The notes under the pieces were generated by a model that was not told where the DNA came from, ran no database searches, and saw nothing but the letters and a program-made list of their open reading frames with translations. Position numbers and translations under genes: made by a program. A DNA stretch of 64,000 nt from the NCBI RefSeq assembly GCF_009914755.1, contig NC_060937.1; one strand, given 5' to 3'. Shown here piece after piece: positions 48,751 to 64,000 of the stretch (positions are counted from its first letter, which is position 1; each line of letters opens with the position of its first letter). The DNA is from the human T2T-CHM13v2.0 reference genome, Homo sapiens.

Positions 48751-51659
48751 TGCTCTGGTGGTAAGAGGCAAGATGAGCCTCTGCACCGTGGGCTGTATAC
48801 TTTTCAAGGATTTCAAAGCTGATTCATGAAAAAATTCGTTCTAAAACGCCGGGTTAAATGTTTTTTGTTTTTTTTTTTCCTTGGTCGATTTATTATGGTA
48901 ACCTTCTGGGGATTTCCTCACCCGCCTCTGGAGTGTCATCCATCGGTCTAGAAGGAAGGCTGTGATCCTTTCCCCCACCAGTTTGTGATCGATTTTTTAT
49001 CAAATTTGTATTTTATTTGAGGAAAGGAAGGCAGCGAGTGAATGTGGTTCTGGAGAGAGTTCCCCATAGTGATCATCTGCAACATAAATGTTGCAATTGC
49101 TATTTAGATATTATTAGCTGTGAATTTTTACATAGAACAATGGGGGTTTGGTGCAGGGTGGGTGGTGGGGAAGAAGGCAAGTGACATAGGGACTATCTCG
49201 TTCAGGCGGTTTCCCCCAAATTTAGCGGCTGGCAGTGAACTTTAAATAATCCCTTTGCTTTAAATATTCTTCCCTAGTAACAACTTAATTAAACCTATGA
49301 CTGGTAATGCTTCCAATTTAGTTTCTTAACAGGCAAGTGAATTGTTCATTTTTTCTCTTTGTCAGTAGATGAATGTCTTGTAATATTGACAAAAGAGAAG
49401 GCAATTCTTAGTTGGGGGGAAAATATATTTTATTAACTCCATGTTTTCTTGTAAAATGGATGTTGTCTCTGTTGCCTTTGACAGAATAGAAAATTATTGA
49501 AAAGTCAAAGCTTATTATATAATCCTTGGATTTTATTAGAAACGAAGTAGCTTTACTTGAGCATCCCAGTTTAGTCACCTGCTGTATGATGTTTAATCAC
49601 TTAAAATTTCCAATTAGGTAGGAGAGTATGTTCAGACTACATTAGCACGAAAAAAAAATTCATAAAGCTGAAGTTCCCTACTGTGGGGTAGGGGGGCGCA
49701 TATTTACAAATACTTTAGTATTCTGGATGTTGGAAAGGAAAGTGTATATTTATTGGACATTTTTCTTAGATTTACTGAAATGTCTTTCTAAAAGTATTTA
49801 CAATGGACTCTACGAGGAAGATAGGAGTTCTAATTAATTTAGAATGTGTATTTTAGTGCTTTTATGCAACAGTAAAGTGGAACAGATCGGCAGAAGGTAG
49901 GGATTTGGATTTGAAAACTTGATATTCTGGGCGCCGCACGTATTTAAAAGTACTTTTTAGCGGAATGGATAGTCTGGTGACACTGGAGAAATCAGCGTCT
50001 GGAGATATTGCTGACTCTGTTGTTGTCTAATTAGACTTATTGTTGAAGTTTTACTCTGTAATGACATATATTTTTAAAATTATGTTTGTTAACTCACCAT
50101 ACAATATTTCTCAAAAGCTTTAAACCATCTCCCCTTCCCCCAGTATTATGTAATTTTGGGCATATTCATAAAATCCCCAATCCCATGAGATTAGACATTA
50201 CAGTACATTTGACCAAACTGACATGTTATATAAAATTCTAGCGCCTTTGCATTATTTTTAATCTGTGTGAGAGAAGCCGGTTCTGTTTTCATAAATTACC
50301 AATTTAAGCTAATAAAATATGCATATTTGTTTTAACGTTGTACATTTTATTAGAAAACTAATACTGTGTATTGGCAGGGGGTACTTAAGCACATTTTATA
50401 TCTCTATGGTCAGGTTTTAATTTAGGCCGTTAAGAATAATTTGAAAGAATAATTTCAATATCTTTGAATTTAAAGATAGTTGAAGGTATAATGTATGGAC
50501 ATTCTTAGTCATCTGTGACAGCTGAAAAGTAACATTGCATTTTGGAAAAAAGAACTTATTATTTGTAATCCTTGGAGTTTGTTTTCCATCAGTCTTTAAT
50601 GATTCTCTTTATGTGATGAACTTCTATTTTTAATGGATCAAATGTCAAGAGAGTTTTAAAATTACTATCTTTTAGAGATAGTTTTAGAGAGTTTTAAAAT
50701 TACAGGGATTTTTTTCGGTTTGACTTCTCTTTGTAACCTCACTCTGGTAAAGTATCGCATAGTATTTATGAGGTTCTTTTGATCTTATGTCAGTGAAATG
50801 TAATTTAATGCATTTTAGTCCTGGTAAAATAAAATTTGTGGCTGTTTAATCTTTCATAATAAGATGATGATCAAATAATTTGTTTCTAGTATTGATTTAC
50901 TTTCAAATTACATTATATATTCTGCAGCTGAGATTTGTTCTCTAGGAACTCAGACAGTAACACCTTTAAGGAGAACCTGAGATTTTCTATAAAAGGAAGT
51001 AACGCAAATAAGCTTGGTTTAGACATATTTGACTATTGAAATGAATGTATGTAAACGTTGTATCCTTTCAGTTGCCCAGTGAGCATAGAACATGAATAAT
51101 TGGTAAAATAATTTAGACCAGAGAAGTTAGCTGCTTAAATTATTAAGTTTTAGGAAATAAAATAGCTTCAAAGATTCATTTCTTTGACTTACTTGAGGCA
51201 TGATTGCATAGTAGGGAAAAGGGACCTTTTATAACTTTGTTAATTTCACATTATAATAGAGTTTAAAGAAATGCACAATAAATCTTGGGATTAATTTGTT
51301 CTCACTCGTGTCGCCGTAAATGAGATAGTGTCCTTTGTGTCTGAACACTTAAAGAGTACTCAGTGGGAAGCAGGGGGGTTCATTTTCTTTCTGAGTTGAT
51401 TGTATCTCCTCTTTGCAGAGTTTAGGCAACCAAACTAATTTTGTTTTAAAGAGTAAGAGAGCGTTAGAAGACAGAAAACAATTTGTGTTTTTAAATTCTA
51501 GACTTCAATATTTGCACTGAATGTTTGGATAATTTAAAATATCAATTTGGGATAAGAGGTTTTTCTTCAAAAAAGAAAAACAAAAGGCATTTTCTTAGCA
51601 GGGTTTTTAATCTGTTATAATCTATGTTCCAAAGAATAGATAATTATGAGTGAGGAATG

Positions 51660-51662
51660 AGT

Positions 51663-51710
<48 letters not shown>
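51660..51710. repeat. (GT)n(GA)n microsatellite
   Basis: Directly visible. Confidence 0.95.
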
Positions 51711-51779
51711 TACTGCCAACTTTCTTTGGGGCACATTTGTTGAGAGCCCAGAGATTAGTAAGTAGGCAGTGATAATGGC

Positions 51780-52030
51780 AATAATAGCTAAATTACTGAG
51801 TAATTAAGTTTCAGGTCCTGGGCAAAGCACTTTACATTCATCATCTAGTTAGTCCTCACAAGAAGTATATCAAGTCAATTCTGTTATTTTTCAGTTTTCC
51901 AGTTGAGGAAACTGAGGCTTAGAAAGGTTAAGCAAATTTACCCATGAGTACACAGCTAATTAAATGTCAGCTAAGATTAGAGGATTAGGCGCAGGTTTTT
52001 CACTCCAGAGCCCATGCTCTTAACCATTAT
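51780..52030 (-). mobile_element. MIR
   Basis: cagttgaggaaactgaggcttagaaaggttaag core. Confidence 0.8.
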
Positions 52031-53003
52031 GCTTCCTATAATTAATATATTGAATAAGTAAAAAAATAGTTATGGAGTTTGATTTCTAGTGGGTTATTCA
52101 AAAACATAAATACCTTGTAGAACTATTAATATTTGCTTCAATAAACTGGTGTACTTTCTGGGTATATTGCTGAAGCACCCTTTTTTTCAAGTGCTATAAA
52201 ACTGTTTATGTAGATATATGGGTGTGTCTGTACGTATATACACAAACATACTTGTGTATCTAGAGGGGTGTGTGTGTGTGTGTGTGTGTAGGACTAAACT
52301 CTAATGAAAGCCATGTGGAAGCACTTCATCTAGTGGAAAGAACTCTAGATGAGCGATCCTGGAAACCTGAATTTGAATTCAGACTGTGCTTCTGATAGCA
52401 GTATGACCTTGGGCAAGTCATTTGCCCTTATAGCTCTTAGTAGGGGGGTTTCAGCATATAATTTTTAGGGTCTTTTCTAGTATTATGATTTGAGGAAGTA
52501 AAAATTATGAACATAAAATGTAATATTTTTTGCAAGATTAGGCAAACAACCACTAAAAAATTTTACTTTAGATGATGGTGCATTTCCATATTTTTTAGTC
52601 TCATGCTTTAACGTTGGTTCTCATCAACTGCCAAAAAGCTTGGTAACTCCCAAAGACCTATCAGTTACTTAACCCAACATGTCTTACGCTACCTTGCCAT
52701 TCCTCTGTATTTATCTCTTAAGATATTGAGGATTTATGGACTAGTGCCTGTTCCCACTCCCTTGAACCATTCAGTTGGTGGGCAGCACAAAGGAACTCTT
52801 CTGATTCAACCTGCATTGGAGCATCCCATTACCTTTTTCCCCTTCTGAATATGGCTGAATGCTGTATCTAAGTTCATTTTGATTTAAATATTTCTTTAGA
52901 TGTCAGAAATGCCAAATACAATATGTAATTTCTATCACTGGAATAGTCATGTATACAATAAAGAGTATTCCTTATAACCTTCTAAAAATGTGACAGAAGA
53001 GGA

Positions 53004-53348
53004 CAGTTAGTCCCCTGTGTCTGCAGGTCCTGCATCTGTAGATTCAAGCAACTGTGGTTCAAAAATTTTCGAGGGGGTAGGGGGAAGGATAGTTGCATCT
53101 CTACTGAGCATGTACAGATTTTTTTTCTTGTCATTATTTCCTTAAAAAATAGAGTATAACAACTGTTTACATAGCATTTACATTTTATTAGGTATTATAA
53201 GTAATCTAGAGATGATTTAAAGTGTGTGGGAGGATATGCGTAGGTTATATGCAAATAGGACACCATTTTATATTAGAAACTTGAGCATCTGTGGATTTTG
53301 GGGGACGGTCCTGGAACGCACCCCTTGTGGATACTGAGGGATGACTGT
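53004..53348 (-). mobile_element. MER2 (TcMar-Tigger MITE)
   Basis: Termini cagttagtcccctg / gagggatgactg(ta) and internal ttataagtaatctagagatgatttaaagt. Confidence 0.85.
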
Positions 53349-55074
53349 ATTTGCTGTGTACTTCTTATTTCCATGTGGTTGAAGTTACCTACCTTAGATA
53401 TCAGTGCATTCAGATCCGCTATTTAGGCCACGTTGAGATTTCATGCTTAAATTTCATTTTTTTAGTAGCAATACTGGAAAATCAATTCATTTGGGATTTG
53501 TTCATGTGAGTTATTACTTTTACTGTGTCTTTGAACATTTGAAGAAGTCAATTACTCATTCATTCAACAAGTATTTATTGGACCCTTCTATGTGCCAAGC
53601 ACTGTCCAAGGTATTGGGAATGCAAAGACGAATGAAGTATTCCATTATTTGGGGAGATAACTACTGGGGAAACAAACATGTAAATGTTGCAATTCAATAA
53701 GCACTATAATAATTAATGCAAGGTATATGGCAACACAGAGAAGGAAGTCCCCAACTGGTTAAGGTTTTTAGGAAAAGCTTCAAAGTTTACAGTATTTGAT
53801 TTGGATCATAGAAGACAGGGAAGGTCTCATCAGAAAAGACATTCCAACAGGAATAGGACAAAGGGATTTTTTTTAAAATTGTATTTTCTGCAGACCCCAG
53901 CAAATTTTGTGGGTTTTAATTTTTCCTTGCCATGCCTTTCTTTTCCCCTTGTTTTCCCTGGCCAGCATTTTTTGAGTTCTTGCTGTACGTGTAGTAGTAT
54001 ATATATGCACTACAAATGTTCCATTGTACCCGTTGGACATGGTGAGGTACTCATTATTTAACAGTGGAGATAAATTTATCAGCGTTTGCACCGAACACCA
54101 TAATTGTGTGTGTGTCAGTTTTCAATCATGAGAACATTGGCCATTCAAGAAAAGCAGCCTCTGAAATCCAGGGGTCTGATTTAAGACTCTCTCATGTGTA
54201 AAACTGCCATGGCAGAACTCTGTTTTGCCTGGGGCTCTGGTTGGCAAATGATTCTGCTTTGGCCTCACCTCCATGAGGTGTAAGGAGTCAGAATTTCATA
54301 TGCTGCTGAGGTGATGGATGGTAACAAATTGGAAGGGGAAAGAAGTTCTTTTGCTACTTAGAGTTTAGGAAGTAATGGAATTTCTCTTGTTGGGGCTCTG
54401 ATGTGTGGAAAGATGAAAGGTAGGGACAGGGCTTCTGGCATGCTGAATTTCAGCTAGGAAAACAGAAATAATGAAAAATTATAATTATTATAGGCCATTT
54501 GCAAACGTAACTACTTTGACAATTAATTCTCTGGGCAAATGTGTTCTAATTCTGATTTATAAACATTTGAAATGTGATTCATTTGTTAGATGGGAACTAT
54601 GTATGGCAAATCAGTGTTGATAAATACATTTGATTCCCTGTGACTGGTGTTAATCTTTCTTGTAGTGCCTTTCACTATTGAATCCAATCCTCATTGTCTC
54701 TTGACTCTTTTTCTGTTCTTAGCTGCTGCTAGAAAATAAAACTCCTACTATCCTTTCCTCCTTCAGAACACTTTGTGAATTTTTTCCTTCACACCAGATT
54801 ACGTAGCCTTGGTCATGTTACTTAGAAATTATCTTTTCTCTTTAGCAATCTTTTATCACCTCAAGGCAGCTCTTGATGTCACTAAAAGGTGGCTTTTACC
54901 TGTTGTTTTGACCTTAGTACTTAAAGACTGTTGGTATCATGATTCTGAATATTCTTTAATATAGTTATTGTCAAAGTCCCAAAACCAGTCCTTGCTGTAG
55001 TAAGCTGCCTTTACTGATGGAGTTATGTTCTTCAGATGTATTGTAGCAGAAAAAATGCTGAGAGCTCCTTTTTA

Positions 55075-55610
55075 AAAATTGAGATATAAGTCACATACCA
55101 TAAAATTCACCCTTTTAAAAGTATGTGATCAGTATAGTGTTTTTTAGTAGATCGACGAGGCTGTGCAACCACCATCACTGTCTAATCCTAGGACATTTTC
55201 ATGACCCCAAAAAGAAACCCATTAAGCAGTCAGTCCCATTCCCCTCTCTCCCCAGCCGTTGACAAGCACTAATCTACTTTCTGTCTCAGTGGATTTGCCT
55301 GTTCTGGACATTTCATATAAATGGACTAATTCAACATGTGGCCTTTTGTGTTTGTGTTTCTTTATTTAATGTAATGTTTTCAAGGTTCATCCATGTGGTA
55401 CATGTATCAGTACTTCATACCTTTCTATGGCTGGATCATATTGCATTGTATAGATATACCACATTTTGTTTATATATTCATCAATTGGGCGTTTGGGTTG
55501 TTTCCACTTTTTGGCTAAAATGAATAATGCTTCGATAAGCAATTATGTGTGACTTGTTAGGTGGATGTATGTTTTCAGTATATACCTGGGAGTGGAATTT
55601 CTGGATCATA
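55075..55610 (-). mobile_element. L1MB-type 3' fragment
   Basis: aattgagatataagtcacataccataaaattcacc ... tacctgggagtggaatt. Confidence 0.8.
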
Positions 55611-56901
55611 TCCAAAGCAGCTGAGAACCAATTTTGAGTGACTTTACATTGACTTTGGTTTAGGACCAAGTTCTTTGTTCTTTGTGTACAAGACCTGACT
55701 AGTCTATTTTATTCCAGGACAGTGCTCACACCATAATCTATTGCAGTAATTCTGAAACAGAGATTCATACAGCTGCTCTCCTCCATCAACTTAGACCACT
55801 CTGACCTTTTCCTCAGGCAGCACCTTGTGCTGGAATTTTTTTTGTCTCAGGCAGCACCTTGTGCTGGAAATGCTTTTTTCTCAGTTGAAATGTACTGACA
55901 GCCTCAGAAAAAAATCCTAACTACGTATCTTAACATACAACTCCAATAAGTCCCACTTTACCCGTCACCCTGCAAAACATAGTCATTCACTGATATATTA
56001 TGTAACTACTTCAGTGTATATGTGGTTAATGCTTATGTGTCCTTTGGGTCTTTCAGGTGAATGTTTATGGGTTAAAATTATAGATTTCCTTTAGGGCAAT
56101 GATTGTGTTCTCCCCAGCTCTTGGCATATTGCCAAATTTTGACAGGTATTTTGTACTTTTGTGTATGTGTGTGTGTGTGTATCTGAAATTCATGTTTGAA
56201 AATCTTTTTTCTAAACTTGCTAACATTAAAAGCTTGAGGCATATTACGGGAAGAGTAGAAAAGTAATACCTGTGAAAATACCAGGAGAAGCAAAATTTGA
56301 TGGGTTTCCTATGTTTTTACCCAGAATGGCACTGAACAATACCAAAATCAATCCAAAGGCAAGAGCAAGCTCGGTAGTTGGCTGAATCGAAATGGAAGGC
56401 CAAGGTATTTGAAAATTAAGCCACTAGAAATAATATTTTTTTGAAATATACTTTGAAAATGAACCCTTTAAAATGTGGATCAAATCTGTATTTCTAAAAT
56501 TAAGGAAAACGTAATTAGTTTCTGAATCACAGTTGGCATTTAATTTTGCCTAAAATCACTGGTCTGTATAGCATGATCGTTTTATTTGAAATTTACCTTT
56601 TGTTACATGAGTAAAAAATTATTTAGACTAACTTCTATTCAAGGTAACTCAGTTACTCATCTCACTAGACAAGTTCTTTAAAGTCTATAACTTTATTGTA
56701 ATCCATGAATTCTAACAAATAATCATCCTACAGAGAGGAATTTTTACATCATGATGAAGGGCCTACTCTGGGTGTTTCTAGACATTTGAATCTATAGGTT
56801 GTTTAGAGGACTAAAGGGATTGAATAAAAAGAAAACTTGTCAAGTCGTGCTAATGTAGTTTATATTAAACAAGTCATATTTTTGAGGAAAGAAGGAGTAG
56901 G

Positions 56902-57821
<920 letters not shown>

Positions 57822-58289
57822 AAGACTCCCTTTAAGTAAATGAGTCTCCTAATGTTTTATTATGTGACTTTCTTTGCAAAAATTAAGTTTATACCTAATT
57901 TCCAAGAAAATGTCAGACAGAAAGCAAGACATACTTGTAATTTATTTTTTAATGCTGACTTAATGTTGATTTTTTAAAGTGTAAAATTAAATTATTTAAA
58001 TATTTGGCATTTCATTATGGTTTGCCTTTAGCTGCCGTTCTTTTTTTTCTTAAAATTAATTAATTAATTAATTTTATTGAGACAGGGTCTCACTCTGTTC
58101 CCTGGGCTGGAGTGCTGTGGTGCAATCATGGCTCACTTCAGCCTTGAATTCCTGGGCTCAACTGATCCTCCCACCTTAGCCTCCCAAGTGGGTGGGACTA
58201 GCACGTCACCCCTCCCAGTAGCTGCAGTTCTTTTTGTAAATTTGTGTGCTTATAATTTATTTGGTAACTATTTACTGAATGTCTCTTAT

Positions 58290-58975
58290 ATGATTGGTTC
58301 TTGTACAAATTTATGGGGCACACGAGAAATTTTCTTAGATGTATATATGCATAGTGGTGAAGTCAGGGTACTTAGGAAGTTCATCACCAGACTGCAGTGC
58401 ATTTTTGTTTAGTACTCCTACTCTACTATCAAACATTGAATTTATTTCTATTACGTTAATCTATATCTGCACCCTTTAACTCACTTCTCCTCCTCTCCTC
58501 CCTCCCCACTCACCCTTCCTAGTCCCCTTTATCTATTTTTCACTGTCTACATCCTTGTGTTCATTTTTTTGTAGCTCCCATGTATGAATGAGAACATATG
58601 ATATTTGTCTTTTTGTGCCTGGCTTATTTCACTTAACATAAGGATCTCAAGTTCCATTCACGTTGCTGCAAATGATATGATTTCCTTCTTTTTTGTGGCT
58701 GAATAGTATTCCATTGTGAATATATGCCACATTTTCTTTATCCATTAATCTGCTGATGGACACTTAGATTGATGCCATACCTTTGCTGTTGTAAATAGTG
58801 TTGCCATAAACATGCGAGTGTAGGTATCCCCTTGATATACTGATTTCTTTTCCTTGGGGTAGAGATACCCAGTATCTCTTTGATTGCTGGATTGAATGGT
58901 AATTCTATTTTTAGTTTTTTGAGAAATCTTCGTACTGTTTTTTATAGTGGCTGTACTAGTTTACATTCCCACCAA
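58290..58975 (-). mobile_element. L1 3' fragment, preceded by a partial AluJ (~58075-58215)
   Basis: gagaacatatgatatttgtctttttgtgcctggcttatttcactt...ttacattcccaccaac. Confidence 0.85.
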
Positions 58976-58979
58976 CTAT

Positions 58980-60390
58980 GCTAGGTTCTGTGCCAGATGT
59001 AGGTGATTCAGCAGTGAACAGCCCATGGTCTAATAACTCTTTAGGGAACTTACAGACTTTTGAGGGGCATAGGCAGGTAAACAATTGTAATATAGTAGGA
59101 TAAGGGCTGCAGTAGGGAAAATTGTAGGTTGCCATGGAAGTACCTAATCTGCCCTTGGGGAGCTCAAGTATATTTCACTTGTGACTTGAAAGATAATTAG
59201 AAATTGTGAATGGGCAATAAATAAGAGTTAGTGGGGGCTTGAGGAGTTATAGTGCAGGTGAGAGAGGTAATATCACTCGTGGCTCCAGAATTACTTTATA
59301 AGGAAGACGGTGCTGTCTAGATGAAGAGGCAGTGCAGTAATGTGTAGTAAGCAAGTTGCAACTGAAATTGTTTATTTGAGGTAATTTTGGGAGCTTGTGT
59401 ATTATGGGGGGAAGCTATCCTTTGCAGCTGCCACTGAGTAGCATGCACAAAGACATGAAGGAAAGATGGTATGTACGGTGAGACAATTGAAAGAATTTCC
59501 ATGCCAGATCTTGGAGGGGTGGAGGGAGAGGTATAAATAATCAAATTGGGGAAGTAAGCAGATTGTTGTAAATCAAGTCATGGATTTTGTACTTTCTTCC
59601 GAAGTCAGTGGGAACCATGCTTAGGGTCTTAAGCAGATAGTAATAAGTTCCGATTTCTCATTTAAAAAGATTGCTTGGTAACACGATCAGAATGGCCATA
59701 GGAAGCTGTGGTTAGGAGAATGTAATAGTAATCCAGGTGAGAGATGCTAGTGACTTGAATTAGGGAAGTGAGAGAGGGGATGAGGAGGGAGAAATGATAG
59801 TACTTGTTGATTTATTGGATATGATAGATGAACAAGTGAGAACCAAGGATGATGCCCAGGTTTCTGGCTTGGGCAGCTGGATATTGCCATTCACATAGCC
59901 AAAACAGAAAGAGGAGCAAGCTTGAGGTGGAAGATGATGATTGAGCTTTGATATGTTGACTTTCAGGTACCTGTTAAACATCTGAGAAGAAATGTGCATT
60001 AGGCAGATATGTAAATTTAATGCTCAAGAGAGGAGTCTGGCTAGAGTTAGACTATGTACTTAAAGTACTTAAAGTGGTAGCTTTCAGTGGTGATGAAATT
60101 GCCTAGGGAGAGTGTATAGAGCAAGACAAGGGCCTTGTATAAAGTGCGAAGAAAGAGATGTCTACCTAGGAGGCCAAAAATTGAGTCTAGAAAGGAGAAA
60201 ACCCAAGGTTGCCATATTGTATAACAGGAACCGTGGAGTGTACAGCTTACTGGCTGTACAGGGCAGCTTGGAGAAATACTAGGACCTTGTAGGTAGAATA
60301 ACAGCCAGGAAGAGTCTTTCCAGGAGTCAGAGATAGGAAGTGTCACATGTGGCTCAGAGGGCAAGGGAGATAAAGAAGTGTCTGGGTTAA
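58980..60390 (+). mobile_element. L2 fragments
   Basis: gtaatccaggtgagagatg, gatgcccaggtttctggcttgggcagctgg and related L2 motifs. Confidence 0.75.
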
Positions 60391-62030
60391 ATAAAATAAA
60401 CGAAATAAAACTTCAGCTAAAGATTTTTGGATACCAAAGCTTAAGTCATAACACACTTTGTAGGTTTTATTCAGTGTTTTTGGTACTTTGATGGTTAGCC
60501 TTATTCAGAGCAAAGCAATGAAAAGCATCACTGCCATTCCTGTTTCTCTGCTGGCTGTGTTACTGAAGTGAAACCTGTAGATGCCATTTATTTATTTTGT
60601 ACTCCATGCTATTCAGGATATTTCTCATTTTTTAATAAAAAGAAAATGGCTTTTTCTTTTTCTGATTATAAAAATAATGACTCTTCATTGTGATGAATTC
60701 AAGTAGTCCAGAAATGTATTCTTAAAACCCTAACTCTATAATTAGGAGACAATTAATATTTTCCTTGTCTTTCCAGATGACTTTGAATATATGTATACAT
60801 TAATAACATCTATGATCTTACATTTTTTCATTCAAAAATATTATGCATCTTTCCATGTTGGTAAACGTAGCTCTAAATCAGCATTTTTAATTATTGCTGA
60901 ATATCAGATGATACATATGCATATATTAATAAATATGTAGTCAACCAGTTTTTAGGGATAGATGTTGAAGTAATCTCCAAATTACAGCCATTGCAGTTAG
61001 CAAGGGATGTCAGTAAATATGCGTGCAGTTCTCCAGTGTCATATGAAGTCCTTGAAGTAGAATTTCAGGTCAAAGGTCATATACTTTCAACAACTATATT
61101 TCATTATGAAATAAGATGGGACTATGAAATTAATATAGTCTCATGATAAAACATTTAAATTGTACATAAGAGTACCCAGGAAAATCTAAGTCCCCCTTTT
61201 ACCTCAGATTGAGCTTCCACTTTTTAGGGATAATTATTACCAGTGGCTCCTTGTGTATCTGCATATAGAAGCAAATATATGTATGGGTAGACTTCAAAAT
61301 TTACTTTAGTACTTTATTCTTTTTGAGCAGATAATGCATGACCGTGGAAAAAAATTTAAATATGTGTTATTCTGTGCTTTGCTTTTTTCAGTTCATATGT
61401 TTTGGAGATCTATATCAGCACCTGTAACTCAATTCATTTTATCAGTTCATCGTTTTGTTTTATGTGTATAATATACTGGTCCAGTGCAAGGACATTTAGG
61501 TTGTTTTCATTGAAACAGAACTGCAATAAATGTCCTTTGCGTCTGTCTTTGTATACAACATGCTGTCAGATGGAGGTAGAACTTCCCAGGCTCCCAAAGT
61601 TCTCCATGGAGACATTTGCCATGGATGATACACTGGCAGAAAGTGAGGTTTCCATCAAGCAAGAGAAGCTCCCTTTGCTAAATCCACAGGGAGTTTTATC
61701 CCTCCTGGCTTCCTTCAATGGTTCTAGAAACTCTGATCACCATGCTCAAGTACAAGTAACTGGTAACAACCCTAGCAGATCACTGCAAGCAGGTCAGTTT
61801 CCTAGGAATATCTCTTCCCAGGCCTGGGCCAGACTCTTTTGAGGTCTAATCTTTGTCCTCTAAAAATGTTGCACCAATTACACTCACATCAAAACTCCAA
61901 AAACAAAACTTTTTGGAAAGAAGAAATGGGAGTAAATATAGTAATGACATGTTTGAATCATGGGGTTAAATACATTGTAAAGTCAGAATTGTTGAGATTT
62001 TTTTTTGAAAGTTTTGCTCCCCCCTCCCCC

Positions 62031-62031
<1 letters not shown>

Positions 62032-62078
<47 letters not shown>
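62032..62078. repeat. (CA)n microsatellite
   Basis: Pure CA run. Confidence 0.97.
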
Positions 62079-62080
<2 letters not shown>

Positions 62081-62094
62081 CCTGTGTATGTTAT

Positions 62095-62400
62095 TTTATT
62101 TTGAGACAAGGTCTTGTTCTGTCACCCAGGCTGGAGTGCAGTAGTGCAGTCATGGCTCACTGCAGCCTTGAACTCTTGGGCTTAACCCATTCTCCCACCT
62201 CAGCCTCCTGAATGGCTGGGATTACAGGCATGTGTCACCACATCTGGCTAATTATTGTATTTTTTGTAGAGATGTAGTTTTGCCATGTTGCCCAGGCTGG
62301 TCTAGAACTCCTGAGCTCAAGTGTTCCTCCTGCCTCAGCCTCCTGAGTAGCTAGGACTACAGGCACAGGCTATAGGACTATGCCACCATACTTAGCTAAT
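62095..62400 (-). mobile_element. AluJ with an atypical end (extra right-arm-like segment)
   Basis: Alu sequence that continues into a second ctcctgagtagctaggactacaggc segment. Confidence 0.85.
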
Positions 62401-63876
62401 CCTGTGTATTTTAGATTACTGGTGGGGATTAAAAAAAACTCGAGAGCCATATAGGTATTTAAAATTACAGTTATTTCATTATTTTTACATCTTATTTTAT
62501 GTTTACTTTCATCAGATTTCCCTATTCCAACTTGATAATGTTGCTACAATTTGTGACAAATGATTGATGCTCTTGGTATTCTACCTCCATGCAGTTTATT
62601 TAGCACTGACCTGTAGTTCTCTTACTCTTGCTTAGATCATCTTTCTTTCCATTTCTTGTTGGTTGGCCTTGGTCATCCTCTCATTTCCTACCCAGCACTG
62701 ACATTCCTACTCCTGATTTTTTTCCTTTCTCCTCACTTTTTGGCTTGCTTTTTCTGTTTCATACTGATGTTGGCTTTGACATTGTTTATTGTTGCCTTTC
62801 TCAGTTGCGTTCACTTATGGACTTGCCTCCATAGAATGAGAGGCTGGAGCCCTTTCTGTTGCCAGTAGAATTGCTTGACTTCATGTTTAACAGAAGTACT
62901 CATTCATGTTAGGTAAGCAGCCAGGTGATTGTAAGACAGCTCTGATGTATTTTGTTAATTCTGAAGAAACTTTTAAGTACTGCTAAACATAATTCTTGAT
63001 AGTATGGATACAATGACTGCTTAATAGACTTTGGAAAGTACTCCTTATAGATAGGAAGCTGAAATACACATATATTTTTATCTTTTTATCTAAAAACCTA
63101 TTTTAGTACAAATGAGTCCAGCTGTGCTTGAGAATTTAAACCAGATATCCTGGAGCTGAAAGTCGATATTGTCAGTGTTTTAGCCAAGACTAGCTGACCT
63201 CTGCAGATCCCCTTTAAGTTTGTGGCATAAGCTAAATTCGGAAGTAAGTAAAAAACTTAAGGAAATCGATCAAAGTAGCACATACCTCTCTTACTTGATC
63301 TATTTCTCTTTAGATTGTTTTTTTTTTTATGGGATCATTCTATTCTAAAAGGTGATTCAGTCTGATGTTCCTAAGTACATGAAAATTTCAATGCAAGCAA
63401 AAAATACTGAGTACATGTCACTTTAAAACAATCTTGCTTTGACTTTGATCATGTAGTGTCTTTTCTGTATTTCTATTGCACTTTGAGTAACTGGACTCAC
63501 TGAATTTAAAATGTGCTTGGTGGTTTTCAAATGAGAATGTAGTGCAATTAGGTTTTTTTCTTAGTAAAATTCTGTACTATATTCTTGAAAAGTTTTGGAA
63601 TAGAAGATAGCATTTGCTACTAGTTACTTATTATTTATTTATTTATTTATTTTTTAGAGCAGGAGAACTTGATAGTTAAGTGTTTAAGAAGTAATTTTGA
63701 TTTAGTTGCAGTGTACAAAGTAGGGATATTAAATCCCAATTGTCTTCATGGAAAAATATTAGTAATACCTTCCAAAAAGTTATATACATTTGTGGTTCAT
63801 AAAGTTTTTCTTAATATGGCTTTTTTGAGATATAATTCATATACCATACAATTCATCTATTTAAAATATACAGTTT

Positions 63877-64000
63877 AGCTAGGTGTGGTGGCTCACTCTT
63901 GTAATCCCAGCACTTTGGGAGGCCGAGGCAGGTAGATCACCTGAGGTCAGGAGTTTGAGACCAGCCTAATCAACATGTGAAACCCTATCTCTACTAAAAA
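63877..64000 (+). mobile_element. AluS left arm, cut by the window end
   Basis: gctaggtgtggtggctcac...ctctactaaaaa. Confidence 0.9.

Noticed and set aside
49078-49095. Short palindrome tgcaacat-aa-atgttgca
   Set aside because: An 8-bp stem is expected by chance in 64 kb, and nothing else supports it.

Overview
Human-type (primate, Alu-rich) genomic DNA that I recognise as the RNF6-CDK8 locus (13q12.13, from memory). The minus strand carries the complete RNF6 RING-H2 E3 ligase gene: three coding exons give 193+96+1769 = 2058 nt (685 aa), with a CpG-island promoter near 15.4-16.4 kb. The plus strand carries the CDK8 CpG-island promoter, exon 1 (ATG 48417) and the first ~15 kb of intron 1. The ~31 kb between them holds many old insertions: a decayed minus-strand ERVL-class provirus containing a truncated SS18L1 retrocopy and a rearranged MADE1, a THAP12/PRKRIR processed pseudogene, a twin-primed L1 with a templated local duplication at its inversion junction, and many Alu, L2, MIR and MER elements. 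I see no evidence of a new gene system. The most notable signals are mechanistic (one L1 target site used three times, a retrocopy of an apparently intron-polyadenylated SS18L1 isoform, a datable templated insertion) and regulatory (uORFs in both genes, paired inverted ZNF143/THAP11 motifs). Repeat subfamily names come from memory of consensus sequences, and repeat boundaries are approximate.
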